A stretch of DNA of 45,385 nt from Xylographa opegraphella (taxonomy: Eukaryota). Made by a program: the position numbers and the translations under genes. Where the stretch lies: assembly GCA_022813865.1 (NCBI GenBank), contig JALDZX010000028.1, positions 248,001 to 293,385 on the forward strand, in the 5' to 3' direction. Of this stretch, positions 24,179-37,445 are shown one piece after another (positions within the stretch are counted from its first letter, which is position 1; every line of letters begins with the position of its first letter). The notes beneath the pieces are model-generated. The model was not told the origin of the DNA. It worked only from the letters and a program-made list of their open reading frames with translations, and ran no database searches.

Positions 24179-25035
24179 CTGAGCACAAAGATCCAGTTTT
24201 TTAAAATGAAATATATAATTGTTTATTGAATCACAAAATGCAAAAAGAGGTTGTCGGATTACAAAAATCGCGAAAATGTTACGTCGATCAGTGAACTGTA
24301 GATTTATGATAGAGGAGTAGTAGGAATCAATCGAATTGTGCACCTTTCCGTATCTCGGGAGATCGGTCGAAATATTCAAGTATCAAATTACAAAAAACCA
24401 GTCTACATTTTGTCCACTTCTCGTGCTGGGGGTCGTCTAGAAAGGGAAACCCCTTGGTTTTATGATATAACCCAATACCCATGATAATAATGGCCTCAAG
24501 GATTATATTCGAAGGTCGATTGACTGCTGTCTACTTCGTGTTACAACCGACATTTGCAAAATCCTTGAACTTTTATTGCTTGACATTCCAGGTTCGATCG
24601 ATCGGTGTGGTTTGGCCCTAGGTTTGTAGTCTACAAGCTTTCACGATGACAACTTAGGAGAATCGGAAGTACTAAAATCAGGACGAAGAGGCGCAGTTTG
24701 AGCTTGGAAGGCAGAGTGAGCGGTCCACTCCTCAAATCCACGGACCGAGTTTGAGGGCTCCTGTTGGTACAATCCTAGCATTTATAATCGTTCCGCAATC
24801 CGGTTGAGGCCATAGGAGAAGATTGCGGCTGATCGGAGCGAGCCATTTTGGTTGGTTTCAGAGCGAATGGGAACCTATCTTCGACTAATATATTGTTCCC
24901 CAATAGAGCAATGGAGACTAGCAATCGTGGCTGTAGCTAAAACACAATTATCTTGCTTCCCGCATGGTATAAAGCGGCGGTTTCTGTGTCCCCGGCTGCT
25001 GAGAGGGTATCGTAAGCGTCTGTCAATATCGGCAG

Positions 25036-26508
25036 CTACTCATCACCAGCATGAATGGCATGAGCTATCTCATGATCTTGATATTCAAAGTTGCGAGGGG
25101 CCTTAAGCAGGGCTTTATGCTTCCGACTTTTGGTGTGATCGTTCCAACTTCGTTTGGTCGTTACAGTAGTGCCACATAGGTTACAGTGGCGCACGTAGTC
25201 ATCCTTTACGTCCTGGGCCACCACCTTTGCAGGATCAAGTATTGCTGACGCCGTTCGCGAGAGCGAGCGGGGTTCCCGAAGCGGCTTTCCGGCCAGAAAA
25301 TCAATGGCAACAAAGTAAGAAATTGTTTCAGCAGAATTAGCTTCATCACCGCGATCCAGAAGGAACAATCTGCCATCAGCCTGCACTTCTGCTAGTGCTT
25401 TAACAAGTTTCAGACGGATCCACCTATCTTGACGTTTGGCGTATTGCCGTGTAGCAATCTTGGTGAGCTCGGCACCAATCCGCTTGTGATCAGCCACCCG
25501 CAAAGCGTCAGCCCCGTCTCGGATAGCATCAATATAATCTTTGAATTCCTTGTAGCCGATGGCTACCCAGATTCCCCTAGTAGTGTCGACCAAGGTTCCC
25601 ACTCGTCTCTGCTCACGGTAGTCAGCATCCATGTACTCAACTTCGGCCAAGAGCCCACGAGTAATCATCTCATCTACTCGCTTATCGAGGCTTTCCTTCA
25701 GTGCCACAGGGTCTCTGTAAAGCCAAAAGACTAGCGTATCATAACACAACGATGAATGCTGGTTCGATAAGTTCTCCGGCCTTGTTCGACTGTCAAACTG
25801 GGCAATCTCAGAAGATTTTCCAACTGCACCAACCACGTCTGATTCTTTCCGTGCTGGCCGTTGTTCGGCATAAATCTCGGAAGCCTTCTTCCCTGTTTCT
25901 AGCCATATCTGTAAGCTGCGCCGGATCTTTCTCGCGTCCTTTGGATGCCATTTGCGTGCCATCGCAGGATCTACCTTCTTCAGTTCTTCCAGCATTTCCT
26001 CACCATCTTTCCCAAGAATAGGCCATCTCTGTTCTTGCTCTTCGGTAGAGATGTGGGCCTCTGACTTGTCAACCACACCGTCCTCAAAAAGCAGGGACTG
26101 TATATAGTAATGGGTACCTCCCACCAGGATCGGTAGCTTTCCCTTTCCCCTGACTTTGTCAACGACTGTTCTAGCCTCCTGCACAAATCTGTGGGCAGTC
26201 CATGGCTCATCGTATAGTCCTATACAATCTAGCAAATGATGTGGAATGTCATGCCGTTCTGCGACGGCAATTTTATTGGTTGCAATGGGCAAGCCCTTGT
26301 AAAGCTGGAGGGCATCGGCATTTATAATCTCCCCATTGAACTTCTCCGCAAGGAAGACGGCAAGCTGCAGCTCTCAGTATATAGTCGTAATACGCGAGGA
26401 ACAACGGACCTGAGACTTCCCAGTGCCTGTTGCACCCACAATTGCTACAAGTGGCTTCCCTGGGACTCCGGGCAGCATGATTGATCGGCGAAGTACGGAT
26501 TGCAGCAT
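25036..26508 (-). CDS. MOD5: tRNA dimethylallyltransferase (i6A37); intron 26409-26365
   Basis: VAIVGATGTGKSQ|LAVFLAEKFNGEIINADALQLYKGLPIATNK, ILVGGTHYYIQSLL, ATRQYAKRQ, C-terminal zinc finger CNLC..WNDHTKSRKH. Confidence 0.95.
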
Positions 26509-27051
26509 ATATTCGATGTGTTCAGAGCCATGCTTTACACGGTTTTGATCTTCCAAATCATCCTCGTGCTTCTACTTGCATTGCGAGATAAAGGTGTGGA
26601 ACACACATGTTGGAGTAATAAGGTAAGGTCAAGTAAAGTAACCAGCGAGGGTACCTTAGATATCTGAAGTAGGTATCTTAGAGTACATAAGAGACCTGGT
26701 ACGTACCCAAGCAGCTTCGTCGCCGTACTTTACCGCTTCTACGAAGTACATGCTCCTCGCTTCCTTTGACGCTCGCTTCCCACGGGAGCTAGGATATTCT
26801 ACCATACCTTACCTTTTAGGCTCTAGGTGCTCTAGGATATAGGACTAATGCAGGGACCGGAAGATGAATGCGTCATTACCTGATGCTCGAAATCTTACCT
26901 TACCTAAGGTAGGTAGGTAATAATGTAGGTAAGGCTACCTTTACCTTTGACTCACATCGAGGAAGAGGTACCTTAACGTGGGTTGAAAATCTACCTAATG
27001 TTTTCTTGATAGCTTTTTTCATCTTCATTGAACCTTTCAGTCGTTCGCTTC

Positions 27052-27958
27052 ATGATGTCTACCACTAACGGCGACGTCAAAGAGATAGCTCCCACCATCG
27101 ATGTCACTTCACTCTCTTACGCTTTTCCTGATGGCTCCTCCGGCCTCAGAGATGTGATTCTTAACCTCCCTTCGGGCAGTCGAACGCTCTTGATCGGCGG
27201 TCCGTAATAACAATCCACTCTATCATCTGTTGTCTAAACAAATACCCGCAGCCAATGGCGCCGGTAAGACCACTCTCCTCCGTTTGCTCTCCGGCAAGCG
27301 GCTTGCTCCCACTGGTACTGTCTCTGTCGCCGGTATTGATCCTTTCAAAGACGGTCTCGAAGGCGTTACCTATCTCGGTCTTGAGTGGGTTTTGAATCCT
27401 ATCGTTCGGACCGACATTGACGTCCCCACGCTGCTTGCCTCGGTGGGCGGAAACTACTTTAGCGAGCGTCGGGACGAGCTCGTTGAGATCCTGGATATCG
27501 ATTTAGCATGGCGGATGCACGCCGTAAGCGATGGTGAAAGGCGGAGAGTGCAACTCGCAATGGGTCTGTTGAGACCCTGGACTGTGCTTCTACTGGATGA
27601 AATCACCGTCGATCTCGATCTACTAAGTCGGAGCAATTTCCTTGCATTTCTGAAGCGGGAGACCGAGATCAGAGCATGCACAATTGTTTATGCTACCCAC
27701 ATCCTGGATAACTTAGCGCAGTGGCCAACGCATTTAGTACATGTGCACGTAGGCCGGGTAAAGGAGTGGGGAAGTATGGAGAAATTTGATGTGGGCGGAT
27801 TCAGAAAAACTGGAAACAGCCAATTGGGCGAACTGGTTCTGGAATGGCTGAAGGATGATCTGAGGGAGAGAGGTCCGAGAGGCGGCAGAGCTGGTGAGGG
27901 TAAAACATATGAAAGCCTCGAAGGGAAAGGGGGTTATGGGAATGAGAAAAGAGTCTGA
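27052..27958 (+). CDS. CAF16: CCR4-associated non-transporter ABC ATPase; intron 27200-27251
   Basis: [56 protein letters not shown]. Confidence 0.93.
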
Positions 27959-28386
27959 ATAGAGATGCGACCATTAGAGAAAGAGGCAGGTCTGACCGAC
28001 ATAACCCCTCCGATGTGTTTCGACTTGCATCAGCGTTTCAACACGCATTGGTTTGTTTGTGCATATAGAAATGGCGTATGAGACTGGTTCTGTTATTAGC
28101 GTCGTTGGTTTCATTCATAAGGAGCCTCATAAGGAACATCATTGGTAGCCAATGGACTGTCTTTCTCAATCATCAAGGCTCTATATACAGACGAAGTACG
28201 ACTTCTGCTGAACAAACTAACATTCTATCTGGCCGGCAGTTGTATTGCCTCATAAGTTCCTGACAGTCCATGGGTAGAATATCTACACTTACTGGCAGTG
28301 GAGGTCATGATATGCTTGTGCCTCAGAGTAGCGACAGTGCAGGGGTATAATCCTGTATACTACAGACTTCGTGCACTTAGGCAAAC

Positions 28387-30949
28387 CTAAAGCTGAAGCT
28401 TGAGGGACAAGATCTTAAGAGAACTATCTTCGCCTGCAACAGCTAAAAGGATAGCCTGTTCTACTCCATGGTGTGCATCAGCATCATGTGAGGGAGGTTG
28501 CTGCTGCAAAGGTCGCCACGCGAGCTGATTAATAGATACCAAAGAGCAAAATCTGCCAAAGTTAGCGATACCTCATCCTGCAATTATCAATACAAACTTG
28601 ACCCACTTGCGATCGATTGTAAAGGTTCTCATTTTCTCAAAATTACTTCCGTTGATACTATGAAGAACTAGGTCTCCGTTCTCTGCTCCAACAGCTAGAA
28701 TTAATTCATTTCCCAGAGATTGAGGGAGAAACTCCACGCTTGTGACCGGCGAAGATGCCTGGATGATTGTTTTGCACCTGAACTCGTCGTCTTGAGTTGC
28801 CCAAATTTTGACGACTTTGTCCCTGCCGGCTGTTGCAAATGTACGTCCATAGGCTAATGGTGTCCATGAAGCACTCAGTATCATTCTAGAGTGGCCCTTG
28901 GTATTTGACGCGTCCAGTGCATAATTGTGCTGGCCATCTCCTCTGGCAAATATGGCCCACTGCCGATCGCGACCCACGCTAAGGAGCAGCTTGTCATCAG
29001 CGCTGAAACGTATGCAAGTTACTGTTAGCGAATGGGCAACCAGAGGAGGTTTGATTTGCCGCCATTCCTGCGTCTCGTAGATTCGGATCACCGCATGATC
29101 AGGAGAGCTTGCCTTGCATGCAGTCGCAACAAGTGTACCATCATTGCTAGCCGCAACTGATGAGATCTCGTATCCGTGTCCATAAAGTTTCTCATGCTCT
29201 GGCCACAAGGTATGTCTTGCAAGTTGATCTTCTAACGGTGGATGGGCAATATTGAGATTTGATCTTCCCAGTGTAGTAGCAGAATTTGCAGCATGGCGTT
29301 CGTCACACTCAACCGAAAGACGCTCTTCGTCATCTGAGACTTCCACGGCTTTATTAGAGAGACCTAGAACGGGGATATTAACCACTCCGGGTATCTCCTG
29401 GCCAACATTCCTCGTTATACCACAGAGCGTTTCCAGCACTTGTGCCACATCAGCAGGCTCCTTAAAAACCCTGAGAAGCTTTTCGTCTGCGCCTGAGATA
29501 AATCGTCCGCCGCGAATTGATTCAATACAATTCAGGTCATACCCATGAATCTGTGGTCGAGCGAACTCGTGCCACGACCTGTTCGTACCAGTTTTCCATT
29601 CTGCATGTAGTCTGGTTGTCTGATCCGATGAGGTAGATAGTAAATAAGATCCACCATTGGCCCAAGCAATGCCCTCCACAGGCTTGACGTGGCCGGTTAC
29701 ACCAAGACCCTGAAGCCACCGATCTTGATCTGCGCTATGGGTCCACAACCTCCAGCTGCCTGTCTTACCCAGGCTGACCACTGAAATACCATTGGGGGAC
29801 CATAGGCCAATATAGAAACCACCGCTGCTACCCGTTGCTGTTGTCAAGCCTTTCTGTACACTGATCTCGCCTAATCGAGTTGTACATATCCATATTCCAG
29901 AGCTTGGGTCTGACTCCCATATGGCAAGAGAGTTATCGGCCGATGCTGATAGCAACTGTAGCGTTTCTCCATGGCGATTCCAGATAACAGTGTAGATCCA
30001 GTCCTCATGACCGAGCAGTAAAGCTTCGAAAGTGAGAGAGTACTTGAGATCCGCAGCGTCAAATCGGTAAGTCTTATTCGATAAAGACTTCCCGATAGTG
30101 CCTTGAGATGGATTCTGCACCACAAGACCGGATTCTGGCAGAACCTCACCCTCATGCACACGCCACAGGCGGATATACATGTCCTGGCTGGCGGAAGCAA
30201 GCAGCAAGTCGCCTCTGCAACCCTGGGCTTCGTACACAAAATCCAAGGATCTGATCCAACCCTCGTGCCCTGTCAAAGTGGCTCGATTGGTAAACAGCGT
30301 GCTTTCCTCAATAGTATCAGTAACGTAGATATGGACAAAGCTTTTCGTGCCGCCCACAGCCAGTATCAATGTCGTACTTTGCTGCAGGCGGCTCAAAGCC
30401 AATGCTAGCGGGAAAAAGTATGGCAACAATGAAATTGTCTGAACCAAATTCGCGCTGGTGCTGCTTCCAGATACAGTAATCTGCCATATCTTGACTGTTG
30501 CATCTGCAGCACCAGATGCAATGAGGTTACTTCCAGCAATTGTAGCCAGGCAATTGATGGACCCTGAGTGTCCCGTCAAGATAGCTACATTCTCAAATTC
30601 GAACTTCGAGGACCGAACGCCTCGCCACAATCGGACTGTCTTGTCGACAGACCCGCTGATGAGTATTGGAATATCTTGAGATGTCTGGGGTAAGAATTTG
30701 ACAGCGTTCACTTTATCTGTATGCCCGCTAATGAGGGCTCCGAGACCCACTTGATGAACATCCTGTCTACAAAATCAGCTCATTATGGTGTTTCCATTCC
30801 TTGAAAACACAGGTATGTACCAAAGGTAGCCATAGTGCGATATTTCGGTCAGCGCCATAAGCAAGGACCCCGGTTGCAGCGTCCCAGTCAGCAGCGTTGG
30901 GATGACGATTACCTCCAGCACTGAGATACTCAGTATGTACATCCACCAT
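28387..30949 (-). CDS. ELP2: Elongator complex subunit 2 (WD40); introns 30820-30763 and about 28607-28554
   Basis: YLSAGGNRHP, EALLLGHEDWIYT, WHEFARPQIHGYDLNC, HTLWPEHEKLYGHGYEI. Confidence 0.96.
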
Positions 30950-31645
30950 GACCGTCGTTGTTAATTGCATAAGGAAATGAAACGAGCGGAACTTTGAGAG
31001 CACTATTATTAGTCATCACCTGAGGCTCGATTGCCGAATATTCATCAACATCGCTCTTCGACTCGCTTTGCAAGGTTGTAGGATGGAAGCCTCAGCGCAG
31101 GGAACTTTAGATAACAGTAGTGTAGCTATCACAGTAGAATTCACGTAAGTTTGAGATAATCCGCAGCTTCACAGTACTCATGAGGATTACAGCGGTGGCC
31201 TAGAATTGCTATTTTCGAACCAAAGAAAACACCTCCTCTCCATTCCATCCCACGATGAGGGCGGCAGGAGTGCAAATATGGATTACCTCATACGTTACCT
31301 TTGTAACGACATTATGAAAGGTGGTAGGAAGGACATGTTTATCGTCGAGGACCAGGTGTGAGTACAGCTACGACAAACAAAAATCTTTTGCTCAACAATG
31401 CTAGTCGGCCAGGAATTTTGGTACTCATCAATGATGCTGATTGGGAGCTGGAGGGAGAGGGAAGTTACCAGCTTCAACCGAAAGATAGTATACTGTTTGT
31501 CTCTACGCTGCATGGTGGATGATGGAAGTTCTATGCACTTGATTCTCATTAAGTTGTCTCACAGCCGGTACAAAAACGCGGAGGTTGTCAGACAACTGTG
31601 CCATCATCAATCGAAGTGCCACAGATAATTGACTACGGCTCTGCA

Positions 31646-33973
31646 TCAAACCCCTCGTAAAGCTCGCTCCACAAGTAAGTGTGTTCCCGAGCCAGGTTCC
31701 TTAGACGTCGCATAATCTTTATCCGGTGATCTGTTGCCCTCCATGGGGGACTGTGCGCCGCTCATGGGCGAACCGAGGCCATTCATCGGCGATACGACTC
31801 CACTCGACGCTACTGGAATCCGAATATCTTCCGGCGAAGCTGGGATAATTTCATCGGGGAGGCCTGGGATGTGGATTCTTTTTGCTTGGTTGTTGTAACT
31901 TGCTGGTATGATCTCAATGATTTCATTTCTCGGAAACGAAAGGGTTGGAATATCAGTAGCATTACACGCCATAAGATAGCCGTATAATACTCGGAGAACG
32001 CTTTCGTGAGCAATAATCAGGAGATCATTCTGCTCCCGTTCAAGCTCCAGTATGATTGGTTCCAAACGGACGGCCAGATCGTGATATGACTAATGGAATG
32101 AATTGTTAGCTTCCTAGATTGATTGTTGTGGGAATAAAAACTAGCCTCTGCTCTAGGATATCGATGATGGTAAGGGTCTGCTTCATGCTTCTGAACTTCA
32201 TCCGGGTATTCAAGGCGTATACGTCTTTCGGACATCTTCTCACAAACGCCGGGATTCAACTGACTCATCTGAGACCTTTGCCGTACCCTGTACCCTTTTT
32301 CTTGAAGATAATGGGCAGTCTCAACAGTTCGACGTCGCGGCGATGTCCAGATAGTCAGGCTCTTTAAAGGTGCCTCAGGACCTCCACGGTCTATCAGAGC
32401 CTGCCGCTCTTCTTCTCTGTGTTTAATGAGGGTATCGCCCATTTTCAGTGCGTAATCTATCCCTTGCTCTGCTAGACTTGCATCCAACTTATAGGAGTCT
32501 CCTTTCGATGGATTACCAGCCTATGACTACGTTAATCTAAAGTCTATCTCGTTTTTGACAGTGCCTACCCGTGCAAAGTATGTATGCCTTGACTTGATGT
32601 GCAGGTTAAGCAAGTAAAAAACGATTCGATGGGAAAGATATCCAAAACTACAGTTATTGACACTCAGTCTTTCCCCGGCGTTAATCATCTGGTAGATGTC
32701 AGTCAAATTTCACCAGGATAGTGTACAGCAAGCCAATCTGCTCTCCGTTCAGCCTCACCTTAATATAATTCAATTCGGGTTCGTTCATTGTCTCGAAGTG
32801 GGGTATCTTGGCCGTAATTCGTGCAAGGTAATGCTGTACAGCGTCATCCGATGTCCACCCAACATACTGCGGTGAGTCAGCAGTTTATCATACTAAAGCC
32901 AGTAGTTTCAGTACAACTAACATCAGGCGAAGATATCTTGACACTCCGGACATTTTCTTCTATTATTCGCACGTCGTCACAAGCAGACTCGATAAACAAA
33001 GTCTGCAGGAGTATTAGTATAATACTATGAATGAGACATAATGGCGTTTGCCGGCTTGATATCACATACCTGAACGTCGTGTTTCGCAAACTCTTTCGCA
33101 AGGACCCTACGTCCAGCGGCAAGAGGATTGACAGCATCATAGATCGCAATCTGACCCTTCTCTTTATCGAAGAAGTGGTATATGTCTTCGCGACATTTTC
33201 TCAAAATCTTCTGGCGTAGGAGAACAGATGATGCACTTGCTGATAACAGTAATTCGTGTTAGCCATTGAGCGCCCCAAATGTGATTAGGATGTAACGCAA
33301 TGGAAAAAAAATAAATGTTATCAGGCCAAGTCATCTCATGATCCAAACGCACCGTCGTCCAACGCCTCTGTTGAAACTTCGCAATCGCCAAGATCAGAGA
33401 TGTCCTCACCATTGACAAAGAAGTAGTCATCGGGTACATCTTGCCCAGGTCCCACTGTTGCTCTTCGATAGTCACCAAGGTGAAAGACTCGAGTCTTGAC
33501 GCCGAGCCTGATACCAGAAGTTCTGTAAGCCATGGTTACCACAGGAAAGAGAAAATATTGGTAACTGTTTACCATCTCAAGTAGCGAGCCAACGCCACTG
33601 ATATATGGCTGATGGAACAAGTTTGTCAGCAGCACCCATAGACGTTGGCTGAGTACAAACACACGTTTTACCTCTGGCAGGCAATCCCACTGTAGCGATG
33701 GCTATCTTCCCGGAGTGAAAAAGACGTCCTGACTCGGTACTATAAAGCTGGGCGGGTGCCATCTCGCTACGTTCGGGAAGGTCATGAATGGCATCGACCA
33801 TAGTACTCGATTTTCGGCGAAATCGAGGGGAATTCGCCGCTACCTCGGCCGTGCTGGTTATGTCACGTAGTCGTTAGTCATGGTTCGATATCCGAAGCAA
33901 TCATATGCATATTTAGCGGATGTTATATGCTCTCTCGCGACGACGCGATAGGTACATACAGAAGAGTATCCAT
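31646..33973 (-). CDS. 6-phosphofructo-2-kinase/fructose-2,6-bisphosphatase-like protein (YLR345W-type), multi-exon
   Basis: MDTLL|TAEVAANSPRFRRKSS, PAQLYSTESGRLFHSG, VGLPARGKT, LFIESACDD, HRYPRAE|SYHDL; phosphatase RHG motif reads RAG. Confidence 0.9.
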
Positions 33974-34559
33974 AGCTTCGGTATAAGTAGCAACACGCAG
34001 ATATTCCAAGCAATGAAACTAGCCCTACTTCGATAGGATCTATTGATGACTGAAGAAAGTAGTGGGATTCCAAGCACAGCGAGAGCAAGACGTATGTTCT
34101 TGCAATAAAGCGGTGCGAAAGGGAATGTGAGGAACAGAGAGAGAATAGTGGAGAAGGTTTGCGTATCTCAGCTTCAAACCAGGATATGTACAAGAGAAGC
34201 ACTGTACCTTGGGTTTGACTCGATAGGTACTGGAAAGTAACAAGTCAATTGCCCAGAGATAGTTGTTATCGATAAGCAAGTTCTGGGATCGGTTTACGGC
34301 CTCGCCGCCTCGGGCGGCCTTTTACGCGCCTTTGCCGCAGCCTAGGCCCTAGGCTGCAGGCTTCTAAAATTTTGGCTAGCAAGCTCGCAAGTTAGGCTCA
34401 TAAGTAATGCCATTTGCGTGAGCTATCCCATCCACGAGGGTCTTCTTATATTGACTGCAAGATCCATTTCCCTTCTGATCTCTTCGATCCTTTCTGACCA
34501 CTCAAGCCGAACACCACCCCTGCAATCTTAATATCGCCGAGAAGAAAACAGGAGCCAGG

Positions 34560-35777
34560 ATGGCCGAAGAGAAGGTCACAACGATGGGGTTCATGCAAGA
34601 CAATGCCATGATGACGGCTATACGAGATACGTACATAGCATTCTCAGAACGGCGGGAGGCCCTTGCACTGTCAAATCCAGGAACGGTTGACAATGTCGCG
34701 AGGGAGGTGCAGAAGGATGTTTTCCTCAAGAATTACATGTTCACTGGACTACGAGCCGACTTGACCAAGCCTTTCAGTATATCACCTGTGTTCCACGTCT
34801 CTCATGCTTTCGCGATGGGCTCTCAAGAAGGTTTACCTCCATACACGTTTGCGACCCTCTATGGAACACCCAAGGTTGGTCGAAACACATCCAACATGAG
34901 CCTTAAATGGCACTAATCAGCATTCAGGTTTTTCTTCAAGGAAACGTAGACAATGAAGGTCAATTTTCAGGACGCGCGAACTACAGGTGGACTGATGCCC
35001 TTGTGACAAAGACGAATGCACAGATTGCCCCAGGCCCAGGCCAGGCTATGTTCCAAGTTGACAATGACTACACCGGCAAAGACTTCACTGCGTCGCTAAA
35101 GGCACTAAACCCCTCTATCCTGGAAGGTGGTCTGACCGGTATCTACATTACCAGCTATCTACAATCAGTAACCCCCAGTCTCGCGGTCGGTCTGGAAATG
35201 ATGTGGCAAAGGGCGGCAGTCAATACCGGTCCAGATACCGCCGTCTCTTACGTTGCTAAATATAAAGGAAGTGACTGGATTGCCAGCGCACAATTACAAG
35301 CCCAAGGAGCAATAAATACATCGTACTGGCGGAGACTGACGGAGAAGGTTGAAGTTGGAGCGGACCTCAACCTACAGTTTCAGCCGGGTATGGGGGGTCG
35401 TGGTGGTTTGATGGGAAGTGGATTACGAAAAGAAGGCACAACGACCTTGGGAGCGAAGTATGACTTCAGACAATCCACGTTCCGAGCGCAGGTGGACAGC
35501 ACGGGTCGCTTAAGTTGCTTGTTGGAGAAGAGGGTGCTGCCGTATGTACAGCTGAGCTTTGCCGGAGAGCTTGACCAATTCAAGGTTGGTGTCACCCGCC
35601 TTATCGTGAATGCGTACTGCGTTCTTTCATATGCGAGGAAGTCGCTGACTATACTTCCAACCTATACAGCAACAAGCGAAAGTTGGCTTGGCCGTCTCGG
35701 TCGAAGCGCCCAATGAAGAACTCCTGGTACAGCAAGAGAACGCCATGAGCTCCACAGCTCCACCACCTCCCTTCTGA
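34560..35777 (+). CDS. TOM40: Mitochondrial outer membrane import channel; introns 34875-34927 and 35585-35669
   Basis: [66 protein letters not shown]-terminal PPPPF*. Confidence 0.97.
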
Positions 35778-37445
35778 TTCACTCCTCGACCATGTCACGC
35801 CAATGATGCGTACATCCAGGGCGTCCAGGGCGTCCAGGCGACTGGCCCCTCGACTGACCGGCTGTGGGCACGCCTTTAACCAACTCTTCTCCGCTTGTCT
35901 TAGTACGATCTCTCGATATACCGTGTGCATAGCAACCTGTGAGCGGTGTCTGCATTTCTTCTGACAATGGGACCCGGATAGAGGCGCCCTGTTCTAGACT
36001 ATGCGTATCATTACCCAATGAGCTGCACGAACTTGTACAGGGCCGGCCGTGGCACCGGAAGAGCGATTGTGCCGCGTTACCATCATGTACAAAAGTATAA
36101 GCGATAATTTTTGTGTGACTGCAATGCAAGTTCACACTGACCAACGTGAAATGTGAGTGGGCAAGAGCGCAATCGGGTGACACTTGATAAGCGGCTGTCT
36201 GTCTTTATGCTCGTGTTGGCTGCGATCCGTGCTTCAAGCCGAGACCGACGCTCGCAGACCAGCTCCAACCCATTCTTGACCCCGGTCCAGCGGAGCAGAC
36301 CCATCCCAACGTGTAAATTTTGAAACGTAGCACTTGGGATACGGCGGGAGTAGTGTCACCGGCCAAGACACTGGTACCATGTTTATCTTCAAGTATGGAG
36401 AGTCACATATGTCACTGCTCGGTAAACACTGCACGCTTGAACAAGACGAACACAATACAAGGACTGCGCCAGGTTAAATGAGATTCCTGTATATCGGCCA
36501 ACTGTCGCAGGTTGTGGTGTTCCCTGCCTAAAATGATAAGACTTGGAAACGATGAGCATAAGAATCCAACATAACGGAGGCTTACCCTCCTTTCCGAATC
36601 GACCTCCCCCTGCGTCAGCGCGCATCAATGAGGGTTATGTTGAATATAACTGTGGAGCCATTAGCGGTGTACCATCCATTCCCCAACGGCATGTCCTGAA
36701 CGAATTCACCCTGTCCTGTCCCATTGTCGTGGCCTAGCGTGTTCAGGTCATCGACAACCTCAGAGATTTTGAGCCAAGCATCCCTGGATGAATGATATAC
36801 ACCGTGGAAAACCGCCACGGAATATGAGCCAGTCTCGGTGGAGTGCTCAGAGCGAACAATGAAATACCGGTCAAGCCCATCTGATGTAATTGAGGATATG
36901 GTTGGTTGGCACATGGTGATGCGGTCGTCGGGAAACTCTTTAGGTGTCGAGTGGTTAGTAGCAATCCGAGCCTGCTACAGTAATCTGCTGGCATTGTTTG
37001 ATCACAAGTTACATGGCTAGGGAGCCGGCTTATTAGATCAAGAGCAGTAAGGCGAATGCCGAGGGAGGCCTTTCATGGCGTCGACAAAGTCCCATTGTTA
37101 TCAACAATCGCACTGTGGCACTCTTCAACGGCTCTATCCTTGACTAAAGCATTGTCCCACCACAAAGAAGTAAAGGCAATGAAAGGATCGTTGAGCGGTG
37201 GAAAGAAAAAACACTGGCAATGACGGAAACGATGAAGTCGAATCGATGGTGACTCTTTCTCAAACAACGATGCTGACGATGATAAAGATGCAGTATACCC
37301 ACTCCATTGTCTTGGTCACTCGGACTCAACACTTCGCTTTATTACTCCGGTTCACGTAATAATATCGCCGAATAGAATCATTCGATACAGGTGCATACGT
37401 GACACACGAGCGTCAATTTCCAGCCGCACGTAATCGCTTTCAAGC

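Noticed and set aside
34871..35590. Both TOM40 introns begin in the identical context CAAG|GTTGGT
   Set aside because: The match is close to splice consensus and the intron bodies are unrelated, so it is not evidence of intron duplication.
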